Below are positions 26,822 to 35,881 of a stretch of DNA of 39,475 bases, piece by piece (position 1 is the first letter of the stretch; every line of letters starts with the position of its first letter). Both the position numbers and the translations under genes were made by a program. The stretch is from Octopus bimaculoides (lineage: Eukaryota), in assembly GCF_001194135.2 (NCBI RefSeq), contig NC_068997.1:41432974-41472448 (forward strand). The letters run 5' to 3'. The notes beneath the pieces were generated by a model. It did no database searches. It was not told where the DNA came from and saw only the letters and a list, made by a program, of their open reading frames with translations.

Positions 26822-27215
26822 AGATCGCAGCGGTTGTGGTTAACAAATTAGATTCACAAACTGTAGTTTCAAATTCTGTCCCACGGGACGGCACCTAGGA
26901 ACATATGCTACAGCCCTGGGCCAACCAATGTCTTGCGAGGGAAGTACTGTTGGAAGACCGTCAACATGTGTGTGTACGCGCGTATGTGTATATGTATGTA
27001 TGTGTGTGTGTGTATCTGTCTGTCAGTCTGTGTTCAGGCGTGTATGTGTATGTACGTGCGTGTGCCTTTGTGATTGTCTCTCACCGCTTGACAACCGGAG
27101 TTCGTTTATTTATGCCCCTGTAAATTAGCGGTTTGGCAAAAGAAAACTACAGATTACGCACTAGACTTAAAAATAAGAACTGGAGACAGTTTGATCGGCT
27201 AATCCCTTCAAGTCA
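26822..27215 (+). mobile_element. SINE, group B, degenerate
   Basis: caccgcttgacaaccgga...gtaaattagcggtttggcaaaaga body and an internal TG microsatellite, as in 4465-4828. Confidence 0.7.
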
Positions 27216-27444
27216 CAGCCCCAGCCCGGCTGTGGTTAATACAACTAAAACAAACAAAAGGATAAGACACACAAGGCGCGCGCGCGTTTACACAAACACA
27301 TACACACGCACGCACGCACGCACGCATATACATACACACACATATATGTATGTATATGTATATATCTATCTCTTGACATGCCTTTAGATAGATGTGTAAA
27401 TATATGTGTGTGTGTATATGTATATGTATGTATATATATGCATG

Positions 27445-27512
<68 letters not shown>

Positions 27513-28469
27513 CGTGTAATGATTAATGTATACATTTGTAGCAATCAGGATTACTTACACAAACACACACACTCATAGACACTCATGCACACACACACAC
27601 ACATGCACTCGCACACGCGCACACAGAGTAGATTACGCATTGCGCTAACAGCTCATGGTTGTTGAGGTCAAATCTGTGTGTCTCGGGGTAATATAGTTCA
27701 ATCCCCAAATCCCACTCTTGCATTGAATTTGACACCAGCTACAAGAGAAAAATCATTCATTAATGGATTCCTTTCCATCACGAACAATTGAGTTTGTGGC
27801 TAAGGTTTTCTCACTGGAGAATAAAAACATGTTTATCTTAGGATACACAAAGAAAAATGGATAGCTTTTTTTTTTATCGGGACGAGATTTATTTGTTTTA
27901 TCATTTAAACATTTTAAGTGTGGAGTGAAAATGTCCTTCATACTTTTAGCCTCTATATCCAGATACATCTCTTTACTGCGCCACAACCATTGACCTTCTC
28001 TCGAAACTTTTGACACCTCAAATCAACCAATTTGTAATAGATTCGCCTGCACTATACTGGTTGCCTTTTCCACTAAATGTATTTCATTTCTGACTCGTTT
28101 ATTAAAGAACGAACAGCATTACTCTTAAAGTTATAACGTCTCTACATATTTTATTCGATCAAAACCTCCACCCTTAAAATTCCAAGAGTAATTAACTCGC
28201 CACGGTGTAGATAGAAGATATTTATTAAATTTCGAGGGTTTCACCCATAATTTTCAACTTTGTGCTATTAACCTTCCTCTGAAAACGCCTGCAAGACAAG
28301 CATCTTGAAAGCAGACGATACTTTCTTTCTTCTCATAATTGACAAGCTATCTTGCCAATATTGCAACTAGGCTTTCAGCTCCTTGCTAACTGGGGCTCTG
28401 CCATCTTTACAGAACACTTGTTACGTGACTAGTAGAGACACCCAGCGTTGATCGGGATTAAAATAGCAT

Positions 28470-28785
28470 AGTTCTTTCATTATTTTACTTGTTTCAGTCA
28501 TTTGACTGCGGCCATGCTGGAGCACCGCCTTTAGTCGAAAAAGCGACCCCAGGATTTATTCTTTGTAAACCTAGTACTTATTCTATGAGTGTCTTTTGCC
28601 GAACCGCTAAGTTAATGGGAAGTAAACACAGAAACATCGGTTGTTAAGCTATGTTGGAAGTACAAACACAGAAAAACTCCCACACACACACAAATATGTA
28701 CACATATATACGACGGTCTTCATTCAGTTTCCTTGTGCGAAATCCACTCTCACGGCTTTGGTCGGCGTGAGGCTATAATATATAT
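28470..28785 (-). mobile_element. SINE, group B, 5'-truncated
   Basis: ttacttgtttcagtcatttgactgcggccatgctggagcaccgcctttagtcga...gccgaaccgctaagtta...ggctttggtcggc is the reverse complement of the group B tail and body. Confidence 0.85.
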
Positions 28786-28796
28786 ATATACACATA

Positions 28797-29310
28797 TATA
28801 AAACAAAACAAAGAATGGAACAAGAATGTAACAGGCGACAACAAAACATGCGGCGAGTTAGACGATACAAAAAAGGACAGGAAAAAACAAGGCCGTGTAA
28901 TTCGGAGCTTTCTCTCTTCAGTCGAGCTCTAGTTCGTCGTTACAGTTTCGGCCGGTTCCACTCAAGACTGCTCTAATCTGGCCGGCCCCCAAGAAAATCT
29001 GATTTCTATTTGTCATTGTGTACCATTTCTCAGTATTTTTTGTCCTTGTATTCGTATACATTCGCTTGCTTTCTTCCAAAGAATCTAGCGCTCTTAGCTT
29101 AGATGTTCTTGGGGTCGGCCAGACTGGAGCAGCCTCAAGTGTAACCGGCCGAAACAGCAACAATGATCCAGAACTCGACTGAAGATAGAAAGTTCCGAAT
29201 GACCTGTCCTTGTTTTTTCTTGTCCTGTTTTTGTATCATCTAACTGTCCGGATGTTTTGCAGTCGACTGTTACGTTCTTGTTCCATTTTTTTGTTTTGCT
29301 TTAATATATA
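28797..29310. mobile_element. Foldback structure with about 205-bp inverted arms, flanked by (TA)n
   Basis: 28797-29000 aligns with the reverse complement of about 29100-29310 (gaatggaacaagaa.gtaacag, gttaga.gatacaaaaa, tcttcagtcgag, tttcggccggtt, ccccaagaa), roughly 80-85% identical by eye. Confidence 0.85.
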
Positions 29311-29320
29311 TATATATATA

Positions 29321-29510
29321 CTTGTTTCAGTCATTTGAGTGTGGCCATGCTGGAGCACCGCCGTTTAGTTGAAGAAATCGACCACTGGACTTATTCTTTG
29401 TAAGCCTGGTGCTTATTCTATCGAAATCTTCTGCCCAACCGCTAGGTTACGGAGACGTAAACACACCAATATCGGTTGTCAAGTGATGGTGGGACAGAAA
29501 CACAGACACA
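29321..29510 (-). mobile_element. SINE, group B, 3' part
   Basis: cttgtttcagtcatttgagtgtggccatgctggagcaccgcc...aaccgctaggttacggagacgtaaacacacc...tcggttgtcaag. Confidence 0.85.
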
Positions 29511-30068
29511 AATACACACACATATATATTTATATCTATATATACACATATATTACATATATATATATATACATATATATATACGTATACATCTATATAC
29601 CCATATACTGATATATATGTACACATACATACATANNNNNNNNNNNNNNNNNNNNNNNNNNNNNNNNNNNNNNNNNNNNNNNNNNNNNNNNNNNNNNNNN
29701 NNNNNNNNNNNNNNNNNNNNNNNNNNNNNNNNNNNNNNNNNNNNNNNNNNNNNNNNNNNNNNNNNNNNNNNNNNNNNNNNNNNNNNNNNNNNNNNNNNNN
29801 NNNNNNNNNNNNNNNNNNNNNNNNNNNNNNNNNNNNNNNNNNNNNNNNNNNNNNNNNNNNNNNNNNNNNNNNNNNNNNNNNNNNNNNNNNNNNNNNNNNN
29901 NNNNNNNNNNNNNNNNNNNNNNNNNNNNNNNNNNNNNNNNNNNNNNNNNNNNNNNNNNNNNNNNNNNNNNNNNNNNNNNNNNNNNNNNNNNNNNNNNNNN
30001 NNNNNNNNNNNNNNNNNNNNNNNNNNNNNNNNNNNNNNNNNNNNNNNNNNNNNNNNNNNNNNNNNNNN

Positions 30069-30210
30069 TTTCTCCGTTCTTCCATTCTCCGAACTTTCCA
30101 TCTTTCCGACGAAGGGCTACGCCCGAAACGTCATACACTCTCTCTTTCCTTTCCTGAGCGTCCAATAATACTATCCATATCACGTCCTCACTTTGTTGTT
30201 TTTTTGTTTT
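30069..30210 (+). mobile_element. Short PLE-terminus-like element carrying a minimal hammerhead-like motif
   Basis: CTTT-CCGACGA-A-GGGC-TAC-GCCC-GAAA-C-GTC at 30102-30132, then ctgagcgtccaataatac. Confidence 0.65.
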
Positions 30211-30244
30211 TTTGTTATTGTGTTTTTGAACTATATATATATAT

Positions 30245-30420
30245 TGTTACGAACGCCCGCACGCGAAGCACCTCGACGAAGAGAGAACTCGCGCGCGTGC
30301 GTGAACGTCGACGCTCAGTGAGTCGGGATGTTCGCCACGACCAAGCCCAGCCGGAGCACGCAACGAAGACAACAGGCAAAAAGGAGGAAGAAATAACACG
30401 GAGACCATATGTTGGGTAGT
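30245..30420. mobile_element. CpG-rich segment, possibly an LTR fragment
   Basis: Begins TGTTACG directly after (TA)n and is unusually CpG-rich for this window. No second LTR end or primer-binding site found. Confidence 0.3.
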
Positions 30421-30871
30421 GGAACTAACTTTTTTCTTTTTACATGATCAAACAATACATAACAGAGCATAACAATAATCCAATAACATATAACAATAGC
30501 GCATGCAACATAATCAAAAGTTCACAATCATTACATAATCAAGTCGAATTAAAAGTTCTTTCATTTCGTTGTTTTTCTTTTTCCTTAACAACATGTCACA
30601 AAGTTCTTTCTTTTCTTTTCCACCCGTCAACATCACAGTTAACGAAATCTCTGTTTCTTTATACATCATAACTTGTAACGACAAGTACACTTTTAAAGAA
30701 TATTTAAGCAAACCATCACCACACGAATTTCCTTTCTTTCAAAACTCCTACTATAATCCAAGAAGTGACCANNNNNNNNNNNNNNNNNNNNNNNNNNNNN
30801 NNNNNNNNNNNNNNNNNNNNNNNNNNNNNNNNNNNNNNNNNNNNNNNNNNNNNNNNNNNNNNNNNNNNNNN

Positions 30872-30914
<43 letters not shown>

Positions 30915-31646
30915 GCAGGCGCACATACATATCAGCTGAAACATCTCTTGAACGACATAACTAATTCAGTGAAAAAATATTTAGATTTCTCTATAGAAAA
31001 AAGTCCTTTGAACTAAACCGTAATTCAACAAAAATGAATATGTAGAAAAACAAGTAGAAAAACAAACAATACGTAACTAAAAAACACTAAATAATGTACT
31101 GCTGGTTCTGTTAGATATCGAAATAGAGCGTTCAGCTGAATACGTTTTCTTATCAGCCTCTCATTCTTTCCAACAACAATGTAGCGACATCATTACAGAT
31201 ATTTTAACTTACGTTCCTCGTTCAAAATTCGCATTGTTTTCTGAAAGCCACTGCAAATCACATATCATTTCAATAAGTCGTGTTATAACGGACCGTGAAG
31301 AACTCTTACACGACTTATGGATGTTTCTGCTAACTCCTAATGAGTTTTCTGGACGAAAGTGTCGTATTCAGCATGCAATAACCCTTAAATACCACGTTCA
31401 TGAACTTTTTCCAATTCTGTTTCCTTCATCGTTTGTACAAGACTTTTGCTGGTTCAGACTCTTTAATTCCTTATCCTCTGGTCTTCCTTATGGCAATTAG
31501 ACACAGCTGTTTCCAAAAGGCTTTATTAGGTTCGAACTTTTATTTAAGTTTTAATATTAATATTTTTATTGCTTGCATAAGGTAATTTTTCCATAACTCT
31601 TTGACTGAGTGATGTATCCTCTCCATTTTCTTATTTGCCGTGTATG

Positions 31647-31683
<37 letters not shown>

Positions 31684-32019
31684 ATGTGTGTGTGTGTACA
31701 CACTTCCACACGCTGACATGCAAATGCACGCACGCACACGTGCACGCAAACAGACACATACACACAAACACGCACACTCACGCACACACACACACATATA
31801 CACACAAACACGCACACACATGCGCGCGCGCAAAGTAATATAAAAAAGAAAACAGAAAATATTGGGATTTTATGTGGGAGATGTGTCACTTAGCATCCTT
31901 TTTTTCTTGTCCAAAGCACTTTCATAAGTTCGTTTTAAACGTCAATGCTTTTCGTTAGACTTTTAGTTAAGCCCTTGTCCCATACGTTTTGAGTGACATA
32001 AAGCTTTCTTTTCATTAGT

Positions 32020-32870
32020 CCCAAGTTACTCTGATGATTAAAAAAGTTTGAGAATGAGTATCAGCCCTGATGCATGAATGTATCATGCTTGATGATATTG
32101 AAAATGAGTATCATGCATGAGGCATGTGAATCACATGCGATATACAGGGCAGTCAGAGGGCTAAACAAATTTTTTAGGGATTTCTTAGCGGGGAAGTAAC
32201 TCAAACACTTGTTGCTTCCGTGAGTGGGGATTTTCAAAGACCAAGAACAGTTTAATCTTCATATCATTTGGATAAAAGGGTAATTTGTAAGAACTAGCAT
32301 CTAGGCTTCATCAGAATTTTCATCATAATTGACAAGTATTAAAGAAAGAGTTAAATGTCCACTAATCTATTATTTTTGAAGTAGAGCAATGTAAGCTGTT
32401 TTGGAAGTGGTTTAGCCTCTTAAGCGTGGGTATAAAACAGCAAAATATCATTCCATGTTGGTCTTAGAAACAAATGTCACTAGAGAACTGAAACTTAAGT
32501 CATTGGTTGTTTATCATTCTCATAACCTAGCAGTAATAAAAATCGTCTTGAAGTTTTATCACTTCTTATTTTGAACTTGATAAAGACAGACGTACTATCG
32601 TAGCAATCTAATACAAAAGCTTTGGTTATATATGTAGCAATCTAACACAAAAGCTTTGGTTATATAGGATTTCTTAACTGGGTGGCTCGTTGACCATTTC
32701 TGCTCCCATTGTCAAAAGTTAACGTGAGAAGATTACTTTTAAAGTCCAACGTGTTTCTGCTTGTTATGCTTGGAATCTGGATTCACCCAAAACGTGTGTT
32801 TGATAGTCTCCATCCATTTTGTCTACAATTGAAGTAACTTGTTCTACAAAACACAATTTAATTACTACAA
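32020..32870 (+). mobile_element. Second decayed Tigger/pogo transposase fragment
   Basis: ttagaaacaaatgtcactagagaactgaaacttaagtcattggttgtttatcattct closely matches the reverse complement of the first Tigger near 5400-5460. Motifs include KLFWK, LKLKSLVVYHS and SNTKALVI (SNKKAWV). Confidence 0.75.
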
Positions 32871-32934
32871 TTTATTTGTTAAGAAATGATTTCTGTTTTC
32901 AAGGTATAATATTATTTAAGAAATTTTAGTCAGT

Positions 32935-33016
32935 TTATTAAAAAGGGCAGAAAAAGAATAGGAGCAAACATGAGGCTCGTGTTGTGCTCCTTTTCTTTTT
33001 CTGCCCTTTTTAATAA
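32935..33016. repeat. Near-perfect 82-bp palindrome (hairpin)
   Basis: Left arm ttattaaaaagggcagaaaaagaataggagca-aacatgag versus reverse-complemented right arm ttattaaaaagggcagaaaaagaaaaggagcacaacacgag; single-nucleotide centre. Confidence 0.92.
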
Positions 33017-33069
33017 TGACAAATACACTGTACCTATTGTTAACTGTTTATTATATGTATTAGCCCTTC

Positions 33070-33240
33070 TAACCACTTAAACCCCACGAAGAAGCCTAGG
33101 GGTACACTCAACATCCAAACTTTATCTAACATATCCGTCAATGTAAACGTTTTCAATAAAAACGCTGATTTCTATAATTCGGCCTTATATAAGGCAGGAT
33201 ATAAAGAACAAATTCAGTATTATAACCATCTTGATCCTGG
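33070..33240 (+). mobile_element. Penelope-like RT-to-endonuclease linker fragment
   Basis: LSNISVNVNVFNKNADFYNSALYKAGYKEQIQY resembles the PLE linker LS.n..iF.kaa..Y..AL..SGY...i.Y. Confidence 0.6.
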
Positions 33241-33269
33241 TTCAACCTCTAATAATCTAGACGATAGTA

Positions 33270-33275
33270 ATTATG

Positions 33276-33365
<90 letters not shown>
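33270..33365. repeat. (TAC)n(TAA)n compound microsatellite
   Basis: Direct reading; it separates two convergent PLE fragments. Confidence 0.95.
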
Positions 33366-33551
33366 GTCAAGCCGAAGAGCGCGATTCGATTGCAAGATAT
33401 TTTATTGGTTGAACGATATTTCAACAGTACGTCTGTCTTTATCAAGTTCAAAATAAGAAGTGATAAAAATTCAAAATTATGGAAATTTAAACGTAAAGTA
33501 TGAACGAGAGCAACCAGCGTCCATACGTTGATGGAATGACATCATCAGTTT

Positions 33552-34070
33552 TTAAGTTACAATTTTATAACAGGCGGAAAGAAAAAGACAGAAAAAAAAC
33601 CGAAAAAAAGATGACAGAAAAAAAGGAAAAAGAGAGAAAGAAGAATATTTAATGAAACAGTTTTGTATAAATTTGATGATATTATGATATTTTCCTGTCA
33701 TCTTATTCGTTCCTCCAGGGCATGATGTTAACAATACGCAAACATATTTCTCCTCATACATTCTGAGAAGTGAAAGTGAAGCAGATTCAGAATATTTTCT
33801 GAGAATATGCACTTTCAAGTCTTCTTCAAAATTGGAGCCACTTGAAACGAAATGTTCAGCAAGTTCTGTTGAACTACTGTTATTGTGTCTGACGTCGAAT
33901 CTGTACCCATTAAACCTTTTGTTTAATTGTTCTGTTGTACAACCAACATAAATTAAGTTGTATTTCGTGCATTCTGCAGCGTACACCAAATGGGAATCTT
34001 TACGTGTTCCACCTTCTGTATAAATCATAACATTTCTGTTATGATTTCTGATGGAATTCACTTCACTCAT
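33552..34070 (-). CDS. Penelope-like GIY-YIG endonuclease domain ORF (172 aa), probably a pseudogenised element 3' end; element extends about 33366-34104
   Basis: HLVYAAECTKYNLIYVGCTTEQLNKRFNGYRFDV...TELAEHF...DLKVHIL...YEEKYVCVLLTSCPGGTNK. The same frame upstream reads RKRGKPCSFCNN (the Cys motif preceding PLE GIY-YIG). The usual His after RF.. appears as Tyr. Confidence 0.85.
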   Translation of the reverse strand: MSEVNSIRNHNRNVMIYTEGGTRKDSHLVYAAECTKYNLIYVGCTTEQLNKRFNGYRFDVRHNNSSSTELAEHFVSSGSNFEEDLKVHILRKYSESASLSLLRMYEEKYVCVLLTSCPGGTNKMTGKYHNIIKFIQNCFIKYSSFSLFPFFLSSFFRFFFCLFLSACYKIVT

Positions 34071-34104
34071 GTTGTTGCAAAATGAACAGGGCTTGCCTCT
34101 CTTG

Positions 34105-34393
34105 CGGAGTATTGTCTGTTAAGTTTCTCACCATATCTTCATGGATTTCTGATGGAGTCATGCCTTTCAAATGAAGGTACTTTATGACAGTACGATACTC
34201 AGTTTTCTCCATTTTCCTTGTAAACTTGAAGATTGTTTATCCAAAAATCTGCAACAAAAAAAAAATAAAAATATAAGAATCATAAAAATGAGCAAGAATA
34301 CTCCGAAAAGACTGTACTTACCAGAAAAGGTTGTTTCAACTATATAACAGCCCCGTTTCTAGGTTAGGCTCAAAACTTTTCAGACACCCCTCG
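34105..34393 (-). mobile_element. Mariner 5' end (TIR + first ~36 codons of transposase)
   Basis: Reverse complement: cgaggggtgtctgaaaagttttgagcct (TIR). ATG at 34212 gives MEKTEYRTVIKYLHLKGMTPSEIHEDMVRNLTDNTP, a typical mariner N-terminus (MEK.E.R.VIKYL.LKG.TP.EIH). Confidence 0.88.
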
Positions 34394-34421
34394 TGTATAT
34401 ATATATATATATATATATATA

Positions 34422-34576
34422 CGAAGGTGCGATGAAAAGTTCCTGATTTTAAGAACTTCCGAGTTCTTTTACAGGGCTTATGGATCTGAGAGGGGAATAT
34501 GCTGAATAAAATCATAATTAACTGATCCTCCTGCATTTCCTTTTACCCAAAGTTAAGAACTTTTCAACACCCTTTG
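34422..34576 (+). mobile_element. Mariner-derived MITE (~155 bp)
   Basis: TA-cgaaggtgcgatgaaaagttcctga at the left and aagaacttttcaacaccctttg at the right. The interior retains gaggggaatatgctgaataa (GEYAE*, a mariner C-terminus). Confidence 0.75.
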
Positions 34577-34599
34577 TTTATATGTTAAACCGTTATTCG

Positions 34600-34762
34600 C
34601 TGCACGTTTTTTCTCTCTCCGATCTTTTTCTTTTTCGTTCTCTCTCCATTTTTTTCTTTCTATCCTTTCTGTTGGTGGGCGTAGGGTTGAAACGTCAAAG
34701 ACTTTTCCATTCTTCCCCAGCGTCAAACTAATACAGCTGCTTGTTGCTCCCTCATCTGCCTT
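34600..34762 (+). mobile_element. Third, more degenerate copy of the hammerhead-like short element
   Basis: CTTT-CTGTTGG-T-GGGC-GTAG-GGTT-GAAA-C-GTC-AAAG at 34665-34700, then acttttccattcttccccagcgtcaaactaatacagctgcttgttg, collinear with 19182-19230. Confidence 0.65.
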
Positions 34763-35058
34763 NNNNNNNNNNNNNNNNNNNNNNNNNNNNNNNNNNNNNN
34801 NNNNNNNNNNNNNNNNNNNNNNNNNNNNNNNNNNNNNNNNNNNNNNNNNNNNNNNNNNNNNNNNNNNNNNNNNNNNNNNNNNNNNNNNNNNNNNNNNNNN
34901 NNNNNNNNNNNNNNNNNNNNNNNNNNNNNNNNNNNNNNNNNNNNNNNNNNNNNNNNNNNNNNNNNNNNNNNNNNNNNNNNNNNNNNNNNNNNNNNNNNNN
35001 NNNNNNNNNNNNNNNNNNNNNNNNNNNNNNNNNNNNNNNNNNNNNNNNNNNNNNNNNN

Positions 35059-35084
<26 letters not shown>

Positions 35085-35091
<7 letters not shown>

Positions 35092-35482
35092 GACAGTCAG
35101 TGTTTCACCTATTACAGTTCTTTTTGGGAATATATACATTAATATATATATGTTACATCTATATATATATATATATATATAAACAAATTAACATTTGTTT
35201 TTTATAACCGCCGAGATTTGTTGACAAATTTTCTGCTTTGTAAAGGTAATTTACCCAATGTTTTTGCTGTTCTAAAGGTGTCTCTGCGTTCGCAAATAAA
35301 TTATCATCTTATTTGTATCTTACAACATTGGGTAAATTACACTAACAAAGCGGAAAATTTGTCAACAAATCTCGGCGCAATTTGTTTATATCTATATACA
35401 CGTGACATATATATATACTAATATATATATTCCAAAAAGAAAGAACTGGAACAGGTGAAACACTGACTACGAACGTTTTATA
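35085..35482. mobile_element. Foldback MITE with about 170-190-bp inverted arms
   Basis: The segments cagtgtttcacct and cgccgagatttgttgacaaatttt..gctttgt...gtaatttacccaatgtt are mirrored at 35325-35482. A further partial arm lies at about 35523-35570. Confidence 0.88.
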
Positions 35483-35881
35483 TAGCAAAATAACGCTTAT
35501 GTAACAAGCATCACTTTACTATGAAACCTTCGTAGTTCGTGTTTAACCTGTTCCATTCTTTATTTTTGATAATTTTTTGCAGCATTATTTGCTAAACCAG
35601 GAGTTGTATGACGACCGTCAACTTATCGAAATGTCTTTTAATTTCAATATGAGACGACATGTGTAACTTACGATGTTAATAAATTTGTTTTATCATATAT
35701 TGTCCACCTTTTATCATCTGTACTAGCTTCAGATCCCTGCATCGTACTTACATATTTCTATATGTATTAAGTCCCATATCCCTATTTCAACCACTGGACT
35801 TTTGAAAAGCGTTGTATATTTTTACTGTACTACTGCTTGAATCACAAGGACTCTTTCCCTCTTTAAAATAGGAAACACTTA

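Noticed and set aside
28918-29163. ORF with FRPVTLEAAPVW, resembling the LINE RT C-terminal motif RP.LEYA.PVW
   Set aside because: The resemblance is short, lies in an inverted-repeat arm, and has no flanking RT motifs.
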